A stretch of DNA of 64,000 nt, taken from assembly GCA_002269645.1 (NCBI GenBank), contig NIVC01000369.1, positions 124,001 through 188,000 of the forward strand, given 5' to 3'. Shown piece after piece: positions 12,489 to 24,606 of this stretch. The stretch is from Macrostomum lignano (Eukaryota). How positions within the stretch are numbered: the first letter of the stretch is position 1; every line of letters starts with the position of its first letter. The notes under the pieces were generated by a model. It was not told the DNA's origin. It ran no database searches and worked only from the letters and a program-made list of their open reading frames with translations. Both the position numbers and the translations under genes were made by a program.

Positions 12489-12654
12489 TTTGCAAATATT
12501 TGGCCTTTGAAGCAAAAGCAAAAAGCTATGCAGCTGAAGATTAAAAAATAAAACGAGACCGGCAGGGACACCCCTTTACCAAAAATATGGAGCGCACAGT
12601 TTGCTTGTAAAATTTAAAAGATCAGTCAGTTTCTCGCAAAGTCAGTCAATTAGC

Positions 12655-13340
12655 TCAGTGGTTTAAACTCATTGGTCGGCTTTTACACACACGTGGGTGA
12701 GCCCGCAGCGCGATGGACTCGGGTGACTTCGGCCTGCCTTCGGTTGGTGGCGGCGTGGGCGGCGGTGGCGGGAAGTCGGTCGTCGGCAGGCACTTGAGGT
12801 CTGTGATGTGGCGCATGCAGGACTCGTGCGCTCTGCGCAGGATGAGGGAGTCGCCTTTAACCTCCTCGACGACCCACGGCTCTGGCTCGAAGGGTGTCTG
12901 CATTTTGGAGGCAGGGCGCCGCCTGCGCGGCACCGAGTCGCCTGCCATGACGTTGTGGCTGGCGGCTCTTCGGCGCTCATCTGCATGGCGCGCCATCCGT
13001 TGTTTGGCGGCGCTGTCGTGAGCCCTGACCGCGGCCAAAGTGCTGGGCACTCGGCTGCGCTGCCGCATGCTGGGGATGCAGTCTTGCACCTGTCGCTGGA
13101 ACATCAGCTCCGCAGGGGTGGCTCCAGTGCTGCTGTGCGGCGTGTTGCGGTAGGCATCCAGCCAGTCTTCTAGTGCGGCCCGCCAGTCGGATTTCTCGAT
13201 GCTTGCGATGCGGATGATCTTGTTAATCGAGCGGTTGATGCGTTCGGTGACTCCATTTGCTGCCAGGTGGTACGGAGTGATGGAGCGGTGCTGCACGCCG
13301 TTGCTGCGGAGGAAGTCGTAGAAGGCTTGCGAGCTGAACG
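12655..13340 (-). mobile_element. Ty3/Gypsy integrase C-terminal fragment (second family)
   Basis: GVQHRSITPYHLAANGVTERINR, AYRNTPHSSTGATPAELMF, AGDSV...PFEPEPWVVEEVKG. No LTR or RT adjacent. Confidence 0.88.
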
Positions 13341-13507
13341 GGAGGGCAGGGCTGAGGCTGGAAGCCAAGCAGAGCTCTCTGAAGATTTTCAATTCAGTTT
13401 GCAGTTGCATGGCAAATATTTTGCAGAAAATGCTTATGACTGAGGACTTTTCTGTTGCTGAACTTGAAATAGATGGAGAATGGTCACTTGGGTTTGCCAC
13501 TGACACT

Positions 13508-14030
13508 TGGCATCAGTGTCTAACGGGTGGCATCAGTATCTAACAGGTGACATATCAATATCTAACAGGTGACATCAGTATCTAACAGGTGAAATATCAA
13601 TATCTAACAGGTGACATATCAATATCTAACAGGTGACATCAGTATCTAATAGGTGACATCAGTATCTAACAGGTGATATCAGTATCTTACATGTGACATC
13701 AGTATCTAACAGGTGACATCAGTATCTAACAGATGACATCAGTATCTAACAGGTGACATATCAATATCTAACAGGTGACATCAGTATCTAACAGTTGACA
13801 TATCAATATCTAACAGTTGACATCAATATCTAACAGTTGACATCAATATCTAACAGGTGACATCAGTATCTAACAGGTGACATCAGTATCTAACAGTTGA
13901 CATCAGTATCTAACAGGTGACATCAATATCTAACAGTTGACATCAGTACCTAACAGTTGACATCAGTACCTAACAGTTGACATCAGTATCTAACAGGTGA
14001 CATCAGTATCTAACAGTTGACATTAGTATC
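13508..14030. repeat. 20/22-bp minisatellite (TAACAGGTGACATCAGTATC)n
   Basis: About 25 units with AT-insertion and G/T variants. Confidence 0.95.
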
Positions 14031-14393
14031 AAATAGTCAACACTTGCTGACATCGCTAACAAACCCACTTATTTAACTTAGACTCCAAACTTAAAGATAC
14101 AATTAAACGTGCATTTCAGTTATTAAATAAAAAAATCATACACAAAAGTTTTTCTTTAGGGCAGTTCTGGCGAGTGCCCGGCTTCTTCAGAATTTGGTGC
14201 AGACGCTCCGCCTGGCTCGGCTCGCCCGCCTGCCGGAACTCGCTCTCTGCCGAGGCCATGGTTGTCCAACAGGCTGTCGGCTTCGCTGAGACTTTTAGGG
14301 AACTGGCGGGGCCTCGGAGCAGCAGGAGGAGATCTGAGTGAGATCGGTGAGGCACCGGTGCAGCTGGGAGTGATGGCTTGTGGCACTTTTGGC

Positions 14394-14698
14394 ATGCGGT
14401 GCTGATCGAGGTGCAGGTGGGCTGGGGACACTTCTGACATGCGGTTGCTGGGGTGCAGGTGGGCTGGGGACACTTCTGACATGCGGTTGCTGGGGTGCAG
14501 GTGGGCTGGGGACACTTCTGACATGCGGTTGCTGGGGTGCAGGTGGGCTGGGGACACTTCTGACATATCATGCGGTTGCTGGGGTGCAGGTGGGCTGGGG
14601 ACACTTCTGACATGCGGTTGCTGGGGTGCAGGTGGGCTGGGGACACTTCTGACATATCAAGCGGTTGCTGGGGTGCAGGTGGGCTGGGGACACTTCTG
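14394..14698. repeat. 42-bp minisatellite (GGTGCAGGTGGGCTGGGGACACTTCTGACATGCGGTTGCTGG)n
   Basis: About 7 units, some with a 5-bp TATCA insertion. Confidence 0.92.
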
Positions 14699-16802
14699 GA
14701 CAATTGTGGATCAGCTAGATTTAGCTGTTTCCGCTACCGCTGAGCGAGCACTCGACGTACTGATGCACGCAAGGCACAGCCTGGAAAATCGACATGTACG
14801 TTCCACAAACACCATGCCACGGACTACTTAAGAAAACGATGTACGTGATGGGTTTCGACCTTCGGGCCCCTTGTTCGGGAAGCCTTCGGGCCTCAGGCCT
14901 CAGAAATAAATCAATTAGAGTCCTGGCCCCCCACTCCTGTCAGATGGTCAGCCCCATGGTAGCTTGATCGTGTGGCGAGCAGTCTAGGTCCTATAGCTAA
15001 GAGAGGGACAGAGAGAGACGAGCAGGGAGAATTTTGAAGGTAGAAATTAGCTAATCCGCAGATCAACTAACTTGCTGCCACCAGCCCGTGCGCCCTGACT
15101 CACCACACCGGGGCTCTCGAAATCGGGCTTCTGACTAGAAGGGGCTTTGCACTTACCTGCCAACTAGTGTCTTTTTGCTGTCAATCTCGAAGTCATAGCC
15201 GATGGTAAGGGACACTGCTGGACTAGATCGCATTGGCCATGCAGGTACAGAGGGGACTTGTGCAGGGGATTCTTGCAGTCGAGTCTATGGGGTAGCTACA
15301 TGTACTATTACATTGCTAAATACGAAGATATGTACTTTTGGCCTTCAACGCGCCAACTAGCCTCTCATAGCGCTGATGATAGACTAACTCGAACATCAGA
15401 GACCGCGTGATTCATTACCCGAGCCGCTTGGCTAACCTAGAGTGCACAAAGTACATCTCTGGCGCCGATTATGCACTTATGGCAGTTTTGCTCACTGATT
15501 TGATAGATTGATCGACTGAGAACTGCCTTGCCATTGGTCCACTGTGACCGGCGCCTACTAGCTTAGCTACTCATCTGAGCCATCGGCGAACAAAGAAATA
15601 AAACCGATAAAAATAACTGTTAGATTTAACCTTCTCCTTAGATCGCTTCACACCTCAGATTGAATTGGAGTTTCAGACTACTAGCAGTATTATTAAGTGA
15701 TTTCTGCCTCAGCAACAGCACTACTGAACAAAATGAGCAAAAGTGTGCGCCTAATTCAGCTACTGAAACAGGGGACAGATAGGGGATCACCCAATCAAGC
15801 AAGTCTAGGTAGCCTCTCACCCAACCAATCAGAAACTCAACAGCCGGAGACCATGGTAATCCACAGTGACCGATTCGGCTTGATGCTCTGTAGCTGTAGA
15901 CTCGGGATGATGCTGTCACAATCTTCGCTGATAGCTAGCAGGTGATGCTCTTCACTTGATGTTCGCTGCTGATGACGGGGGGACTCGTCCTTGATGATGA
16001 TGGGGGGAGTCGCAATCCGGGGATCAAGAAACGACGGTCAGGCCGGGGAAAGAGTTCCTGGCCGAGAGCAAGCGAAAAGTTACGAAGTTGCAATCCGAGC
16101 GGGCCAAAAACTCCGGTTTAAAAAGCCGCCAACTGGACCGCAGTTTGTTATAATGGAACACGTCGATTCTGATTGGCTGAGCCGTTTTGTTAAAATGAGC
16201 GCCGAATTTTCTGATTGGCTAAGCTTGTTGCTACCAGAACCACGTGACCGAGAGATCCTATCAGTTCCCACAGGGTCGTAAAAAGATGACAGGTGCGGCC
16301 ATAAATCACTCAAATCGCAACAAAATGATTTATGACTTTTTGCGTAGGATTGACAGAAATTAATGAAAAAATATACATTAGAAAGCTCTTATTAAATAGA
16401 AAGTGAAGATAATGAAGAGAAATTGCAGCTAATCGCTAATCCCAAGGTACTTTTAGGGGTAAAAACGCATAGCTGTCAAAGCTGTCACACGCTTGAGTGA
16501 ACACGAACGATAGGCTCTGACCTCATAAATCTTGATGGCCTGTCAAAATGATGAGAAAAAAGCTACCGCCCGCATCCTCTCAGACCATCTGCGCCCGTCT
16601 CAACACTGATTGAGCGCAGGTGGCTGTCAGACCAGCTTCGAAAGCGATGATTTATGACCCAAAAAGCAATGCCTATGTTATTATGACTACTAGTATGGCC
16701 AGACATTATATCTAGTATAGATTCTATGACTATTCGCAGAAAAAGGATAAAAATGCGCAATCGCCCACTAGCTGTTAGTAGGCTAGTAGGTTTAGAGCCC
16801 AT

Positions 16803-17476
16803 NNNNNNNNNNNNNNNNNNNNNNNNNNNNNNNNNNNNNNNNNNNNNNNNNNNNNNNNNNNNNNNNNNNNNNNNNNNNNNNNNNNNNNNNNNNNNNNNNN
16901 NNNNNNNNNNNNNNNNNNNNNNNNNNNNNNNNNNNNNNNNNNNNNNNNNNNNNNNNNNNNNNNNNNNNNNNNNNNNNNNNNNNNNNNNNNNNNNNNNNNN
17001 NNNNNNNNNNNNNNNNNNNNNNNNNNNNNNNNNNNNNNNNNNNNNNNNNNNNNNNNNNNNNNNNNNNNNNNNNNNNNNNNNNNNNNNNNNNNNNNNNNNN
17101 NNNNNNNNNNNNNNNNNNNNNNNNNNNNNNNNNNNNNNNNNNNNNNNNNNNNNNNNNNNNNNNNNNNNNNNNNNNNNNNNNNNNNNNNNNNNNNNNNNNN
17201 NNNNNNNNNNNNNNNNNNNNNNNNNNNNNNNNNNNNNNNNNNNNNNNNNNNNNNNNNNNNNNNNNNNNNNNNNNNNNNNNNNNNNNNNNNNNNNNNNNNN
17301 NNNNNNNNNNNNNNNNNNNNNNNNNNNNNNNNNNNNNNNNNNNNNNNNNNNNNNNNNNNNNNNNNNNNNNNNNNNNNNNNNNNNNNNNNNNNNNNNNNNN
17401 NNNNNNNNNNNNNNNNNNNNNNNNNNNNNNNNNNNNNNNNNNNNNNNNNNNNNNNNNNNNNNNNNNNNNNNNNNNN
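16803..17476. other. Assembly gap (674 N) with near-identical duplicated flanks
   Basis: 16675-16802 and 17477-17603 are the same ~127-bp sequence with a few small indels. Confidence 0.97.
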
Positions 17477-18209
17477 ATGTTATTATGACTACTAGTATGG
17501 CAGACATTATATCTAGTATAGATTCTATGACTATTTCGCAGAAAAAGGATAAAAATGCAATCGCCCACTAGCTGTTAGTAGGCTAAGTAGGTTTAGAGCC
17601 CATGTGCTAGCGTGGATTTGGGAAAAAGTGCGTCCTCATCATACGTACATATAGTCCGTGCATCGCGCACCATGTACATGTACCGCAGCAGTGCATGCAT
17701 GAGAAGATATGGATCTGCACCCAGGCTGGTCAGGGACTAGGAAGCAATTGGATCGAGAACTACCAAGACAAACAAACGAGAAACCTGACGATCAAATCGG
17801 AGTGACCCCTCACTGCCAGGTCGTGAAAAATATATATTCTCGTATCCCTGCCATATGCAGTTCACCGTCTGACAGCACTGCCAAAATATAATATTGTTCG
17901 TTGTTGTTTGATATAGTTACATAATTAACCATGCAGTTTGGTATAAGCTGCAAATTACATTTGTTTTGCCGATTTAAACAAATCATTTATTAAATTGGTA
18001 ATTGTACATTTTTCGAAAGGTATTATACGTGTACAGTAATTTAATTTACCAGGTTCTCACATCAAATGAGCCAACAACTAAGGATCGCTAGTACAAACAA
18101 ATGAAAGCTAGTGTATACAAGGACGGCTTAGATAGGCTTATGTAAAAGCCATGGGATCATACGAAATCCGGCTTTACTTAAATGGCTGACCGACTTAAGA
18201 ACAAAGTAT

Positions 18210-18251
18210 CAAGGACGACTTAAGTAGACTGACTGACTTAAGTTGTCCTTG
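18210..18251. mobile_element. 42-bp TIR-only relic of the P-like family (putative excision footprint)
   Basis: CAAGGACGACTTAAGTAGA-CTGACTG-ACTTAAGTTGTCCTTG. The first 19 nt are identical to the 6285 element terminus. Flanks CAAAGTAT / CAAAAGTA form an imperfect TSD. Confidence 0.7.
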
Positions 18252-19442
18252 CAAAAGTAATGTACAGATCGATCGGAAAGAATAAGATATTTTTCAATAA
18301 AGCCGCATTTAGGTTAATATAACAATTTTTATTTTAGATTTCACAGATTCGTTACAAATTACTCTCATTACGTAAAAACATTTCGAGTAAAAGATTAAAA
18401 GAAAATTTTGAATTAAAAGTTTTTTATTTCATAATTAGAAATGCTTCATTGATTTGCCACGGTCCCACCGTGGTTAACACGTGGCAATTCCATGGATGTG
18501 CCAGACTTCTTCAGCTGTGTTGTAGTCAACGTATTCCTGCTATCTTCCTGCATAGTTCTGCGTTTTGGGCATTTTATTTCCATGCAGGAAAGGTAGTACC
18601 TTCTATTCTATTACCATGTTCCCTTAAAAGTTCATAGTCGCTTGAATTCCTTTCCATTACAGTAGTTATCATGTCTATTTTTGGATTCGAAGTTTTTTGT
18701 ACTTTTTTAGTTTTATGACATTATGTTTACATACCGATACCACAGCACAGACACTTGTACTTGTGCTTCTATGACATAAAAAACTGTATTTGACGTTCTG
18801 TATTATATAGAATTAGCTGTAGCATTTGTATATAATGTATAAATATATGTACATCTACATACATTCCATATCTAATCTTGTCACTGGGTTTATCATTTTT
18901 CATGAGGCTCACTATAGTGTATTATTGCATTTGCATGTAAATTTAAAAAATATGCCCAATTGTTATAAAAAATAAAAGTTATCTTTATAGTTGCCATAAA
19001 ATTTGATAACTAAAGCTAGGGATAGCTATCAGTTTTACTTTTAATCTATTTTTGAATTTCAATTTTTGAATTTAATTTACTAGTTATACCTTATATTATA
19101 ATCTATACTACAATTCTATTATAGCAAATTTATATCTAGTTAATCATTTTCGTTATTTATTCATACGAGAAAGAAACCTAGCTAATTGAATAGTTTTTCA
19201 TGTTTGATTTGCATTTAAACTTAACTTTACTCAGAAATAAAAAGCACTAGAAGTTCATATAGGTATAGATACTTTTTAAAAAATCACTACGATTTCTATA
19301 ATGCTGTTTTTATTTCATTTCCCAATTTCAGATCAATAGACATGCTATATTGAAAGGTGCTTGCAATTACCACCAAGGCCAATGCAGTGGAAAACTAATC
19401 TGCAAATAAATTATTATGGATTTCTAAAGCCATCAATGCTAT

Positions 19443-19814
19443 TTGATTGTTCACTGTCAACTGCAATTGAGGCAAATGGCAGCTGCCTCATCAGCAGACA
19501 GTGAAGGCACAGGAAACTCCAGCAACGCAGCCAACTATTTGCTTGAAATGTTAAAACAATTTCGCCTAGCAAATCCCAGGTCAACAAGTGAAGAATTTAT
19601 TTTGCATATTCGAGACCAGCTGGGCAGAGTGAATTTTGCTAACTGCTACACAGCTGAAGGTTGGAGGCAGTTGATGCGGCTGGAATCAACTGTTCTATTA
19701 GATTTCTTCGCTTCTGTGCACCCTGATTTCAGAGATTATCAACTCGATATGCTGTTAGAACAGCTCACTGGCTGGTTCAGACTGGAATCCGAGTATTTTG
19801 TCTCAGTTTGTTGA
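19443..19814 (+). CDS. Possible exon of an unidentified gene
   Basis: 123-codon open frame with natural amino-acid composition in AT-rich surroundings. No recognisable domain. Confidence 0.25.
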   Translation: MIVHCQLQLRQMAAASSADSEGTGNSSNAANYLLEMLKQFRLANPRSTSEEFILHIRDQLGRVNFANCYTAEGWRQLMRLESTVLLDFFASVHPDFRDYQLDMLLEQLTGWFRLESEYFVSVC

Positions 19815-21199
19815 TAATTTGAACTCATATTTTGTTCGACACGACAATTATAAATGTCGACAGGAAATCACTGAGCAGGATGTTCTGTTTCTTTACAGAC
19901 GATTCGGTATTGTACCAGTAGACAGAGATTTCGTACAGCCATCAAATTAATGATCACTTGCATCGAATGGGTTAGTGTAACTTTTGACATGTTGTTTTCA
20001 AGGTTTTCGTCATTAGGCCCCATGCTTCACGCCAATTTATGCCGACTGTGTTTCCATAATTCGTCCGGTTTGCTATTGGAACTAACAACTGTTTGTCCAC
20101 TAACCCAGCAGACAGTTCAACATGATATGGTATTGTGCGCCGAGTGTTCCAGCTTTGTCAGGCACAGGCTGTTGTGTTGTCCATGTTGCTTTCGAAGAAT
20201 ATCCAAGGCCAAGCAAAGAAACTTGTAGCTAATCTGCTCTTAGCCATTTTATTTATCATAGCCTTTTTTAATTAAGCTTTCCTCTTCAAAACGGTACCAT
20301 AATAAGAATCGCTAAACTCTATAAAGTGATTCTGGGCGACTCTTGTGACTTTTTAACGACTCAAAAACGACTGTAATGCGACGGGGAGGTGACTGTTCAG
20401 TCACGAGCGCATCATGTGAGTAGGAGAATCGTGAAAGAGTCGTGTTAGCGCTAAAATTTCTACTAACTCGAGTAGACTAGATAGAGTTTAATAGTCTACA
20501 ATTACATGCATGTAGAAGTCATTATAGAAGCGCCCCGGAGTCACTTGCGTCGCCTCAAATTGCCTCTTTAACGACGATTCTTCGACGACTTTTTGGCGAA
20601 CTTTACCGTGACATCATGTCGTTTTAGAGACGCTTCTTGACTTCGGGACGTTTCTTGTCTTACTAGGTTACCGTTTTCATCGGGTCTGATTGCATCACTT
20701 GATTTCCCGATCTTATGCTGCATATATAGATTTGACTGTTAGCCCTTTTATGTAAAAATCTAGTGATAATAAAATTCAATAAACATATTTAACTGAACGA
20801 TTAATTAAGTTCACAGGAAATTCTTCGTTATTACTTCGCATTACTTTATTTAATTTCATTGGTGCAGCGATGTTCGTATTTAGTTTTAATCGCGGATTGC
20901 TGCCCAAATCGGCAATGCGCATGTCAAATATCTATAGGTCAATAAAAAGGTATCAAAAGATGCTTTAGTTATCTACTCTACCCTTTGCGAATCTTGCAAT
21001 AATTCCAAAAAAGAATCAGAAAATCAGAAGAAAAACCATTTATACCTGTGTCATACGTGTACACCTAACTACTATATGCTGCTTCCTCGTCCTTGAAGCA
21101 GAGCTCTACAATTCGGAGTCTACTGCACCCACTGAATCAGGTCACGTGACACAACGGAAAATTACGCGTAATAGGGACCGCTGACGTCGGCTAGCATTT

Positions 21200-21840
21200 C
21201 ACCTTCTCTCATTTTCTCAACACCTTTCTCTCCTCTCTCCTCTCTCTACTCCTCTCTCTCCTCTCGTCTCTCCTCTCTCGTCTCTCCTCTCTCATCTCTT
21301 ATCTTGTCTCTCTCCTCTCTTGTCTCTCATCTCTTATCTTCTCTCTCTCCTCTCTCATCTCTCATTTCGTCTCTCTCCTCTCTCCTCTCTCATCTCCTCT
21401 CTCTCTTCTCTCGTCTCTCCTCCCTCATCTCCACGATCTCTCCTCTCTCATCTCTCATTTCGTTTCTCTCCTCTCTCCTCTCTCATCTCCTCTCTCTCTT
21501 CTCTCGTCTCTCCTCCCTCATCTCCACGATCTCTCCTCTCTCCTCTCTCATCTCCTCTCCTCTCTCATCTCCTCTCTCATCTCCTCTCTCATCTCCTCTC
21601 TCGTCTCCTCTCTCTTCTCTCGTCTCTCCTCTCTCATCTCCTCTCTTCTCTCCCCTCTCTCATCTCCTCTCTCCTCTCTCGTCTCCTCTCTCTTCTCTTG
21701 TCCCTCCTCTCTCATCTCCTCTCTCCTGTCTCCTCTCCTCTCTTTCCTCTCTCCTCTCATCTCCTCTCTCCTGTCTCCTCTCCTCTCTTTCCTCTCTCCT
21801 CTCTCATCTCTCACTCCTCTTTTCTCTCTATTCCTCCCTC
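21200..21840. repeat. CT-rich polypyrimidine low-complexity tract
   Basis: About 640 bp of mostly C/T (CTCTCCTCT-like units). Confidence 0.95.
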
Positions 21841-21979
21841 TGGCTCCGCAGTCTTATCCTAGAGTCTACCTTATATCATGCAGTAGCATATGTAGGTCAG
21901 TATGCATATATAGGTACGTGTAATAGCGCTGTGCATGAGTTCCCATCTGCTACCAGTAATTTCAGCTATATAATTGCAC

Positions 21980-22168
21980 CTATTGCAACATCTTGTAATT
22001 GGGCAGGTAATAATTGCTCTAACGGTCTGGTGAAGAAAGACGTCCTGTCGCAATTTCAGAAGATTTATGGCTCGATCTAGCCGATTTTGGACCCTCGAAT
22101 TTTTCGTGGCGTACAGCATCTGAGCGACATCAAGATTCCCAGCTATCAGTTTCCTGTCTCCTTTTCCT
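21980..22168 (-). CDS. Possible exon of an unidentified gene (KLIAGNLDVAQMLYATKNSRVQNRLDRAINLLKLRQ...)
   Basis: Acceptor TTCACTTTACAG| and donor AATAG|GTGCAA bracket an open, protein-like frame. Family not recognised. Coordinates approximate. Confidence 0.3.
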
Positions 22169-23294
22169 GTAAAGTGAATTATCTGCACAGCAGGAATTCA
22201 GAAGTTTATCTTGAGAATAAAGTACAAAAATCCACGGATTTCCGAAACTTTAAGTTTAAGCCTACTATTGGCTTTGGGACTTTTAAAGTACTCAAATCAT
22301 TTTACTGGCTGAACAAGTCTGATTTCACACTATTCATGCGTGAACTGGTCAGGACAGACAGAAGAAGGCAATGATCCAGTTCCTGCTGCTCCCGGGCAGC
22401 CATGCAGATGTCTCTCCATCGGATGTCGCCTCCGTGTTCCCACAGTTTCTCGATCTATAAGCATCTTACAGGTAGCTAGCTACAGATGACAATTTTATTC
22501 GGTTGTATCTATTCACCTTATTCAGGTGGCAAGTCATATTGTAGCATTATTGTAGTAAAGTGAGCACGCATATTTTCAGGAAAAACTCCAAGCGACACTT
22601 GTACAATAATTAGCTATTTAGACACGCGCAAGACAGTTTATTTTCAGTAAAAATGAGGAAAAAATAATGTTTTTGTTTAAGTGCGCAGCGTAGAACATAT
22701 TTAAATATACATCAAACACGCAATTCGTTTAAGCTGCTGAGGGATTCATTTGGAACTGCATTTACTGGTAATTGCCAAGTTCAAATCACAAAAGCAACCG
22801 AGACTATACATTTTAAAAAGAAAAATTTAATTGGGAACACGATTTTCAATTTAACGATAATTGAGTTGACATATTGTAATTAGCGCAGGGAAAAAGAGTC
22901 ACTTGGGCTTATATTTAACTCTAACAGTCATTGTCTAAGGTGAATTTTCTAAATTTAGAAAACAAGGAGGCGGAGCAAACAATAATTAAAATATGATAAG
23001 ATTATAACAAAAATTTAAATTCCTCTTCAGAAAAATTTAAAGTGCATGACAAAAATTAAATTCCAATGAATGTTGACCAAAACAACAAAAACAATATCAC
23101 TAGCTAGGGATTGATAATTCAATTATAAAATCGGAGTTCAGCCGATCAACTGCTCAAAAAAACGCTCGCCTTTAGGACATTTAATCATATAACACAGTAT
23201 AGGTCGCGATTTGAAATCATACCATGAGCAATTAAAGTACGCAATTAATATTACTGCTATGCCGATTTCTAGAATAAAGGTCGAAATTACGGAC

Positions 23295-23329
23295 CAAGGA
23301 CTACTTAAGGTGTTCTTAAGTAGTCCTTG
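23295..23329. mobile_element. 35-bp TIR-only relic of the P-like family (putative excision footprint)
   Basis: CAAGGACTACTTAAG-GTGTT-CTTAAGTAGTCCTTG: perfect 15-bp inverted ends, 5-bp filler, perfect 8-bp TSD TTACGGAC (23287-23294 and 23330-23337). Confidence 0.88.
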
Positions 23330-24606
23330 TTACGGACAAACTGTTAAGGTTTCAATCAGCGACAAGGTGCAGGTAAAAACACGGAACATTGCAAAGGAAA
23401 CTGACATTACAAAACGAAACTTCTTGTATCTTATAGCATTTTTTTATTAGAGGCAGGGGTTGTGTGCACCCTGGCGCACTTTAAGCGACGCGACATAGGC
23501 ACACAACCGGCGAGAGGCATTGCTGCCCATTCCGCCGACTCCCCTGATCGAGCAGGCACACAATCTCGCGGATACGTACGCAGTCACACGCACAGGCACA
23601 CACTCACACAGGAGTGTACAGCGGGCCTAACTTTATTCAGCGCTATAGGCATGTACACGTTACTGTGTGCTTTGAAGGTTGGCCTTCAAGGCCGTTTATT
23701 GCACGAGCAGAGCCAAGCTAAGCTGAGATTCCAATCTAGCCCAAAGTGACGAGACCCTTCTGAGTTCGTGACTGCATTCATAGTGTAATATAAAATCCTA
23801 AAGTCAATGCCTGAGGACGCATTCGCATGAATTGTGTCTGGAAATTTCATCCGTTGAAAATTGAGTCCTTAATTTTGCACTTTTGTACCGGGAAATTTCC
23901 TCTCTGTCTCTCGATTGGGGTCAAGAGCGTCAGGTGTGCTGACAGTATTTTATTTGAGTTCAATATTTTCGGAGGGCGCTTTTTCATTCGTATTGATTAT
24001 ATATGTCTGGCTAGAAAATCTTCAATTCACAGAGGAACTATATTAACTATATACTGCAGGGCAAAAATCTGAGAATTTTTCTTTTTGCAAAAAGCTCAGG
24101 TGCAGGCGAATCTCAAATATCATCAGCTATTATGAGGACAATTTTCCCACATATGGTGGAGTTGTTTACTTAGCTTATAGGTGGGCATAGGTTGGAGTTG
24201 GGGGAGCTACAACTATAATGTCTTAGCGTGATCTACTGTCCCAGTTAAAAGTGCTTAATTCGCAGCCCCTATACCTACATTTATTATTTCAGGAATGCCA
24301 AATTTATTGCCAAAAGTGCGTCTGAGTCGAGTTTTAATGTGCGTACATGTGCCATGTAAATCAAGTTTGAGTAATGCAACAAAACAACAAATTCCTCTAC
24401 AACTAAAGTACAGATTTCATTTAAGTGAAAAGTTTAGCGTAAGTACAACAATGTTTATGTAAGGTTTTTAATGCATTCAAGTACAGAGAAAATAACACAT
24501 CGAGCTATGGATCTACCCAGTCATTGTATGCTGAAGAGCTTCCTAACTTGCTGTAGAGAACTGATGTAGATCTACAATTTTTAGGGAAGAAGTATAATGT
24601 CATAGA

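Noticed and set aside
12645-12670. A-box-like TAGCTCAGTGGT
   Set aside because: No B box or cloverleaf follows, and it overlaps the integrase stop on the other strand.
13340-13440. LKIFRELCLASSLSPAL resembling a Penelope GIY-YIG C-terminus
   Set aside because: Too short and too weak to call without a profile search.
14116-14831. ORFs overlapping the 42-bp repeat
   Set aside because: Mostly repeat translation; the unique part has no recognisable domain.
16563-17571. ORFs spanning the X run
   Set aside because: Artefacts of the N gap.
23460-23790. Possible solo LTR (minus-strand AATAAA, TG/CA-like ends)
   Set aside because: Boundaries and TSD could not be defined.
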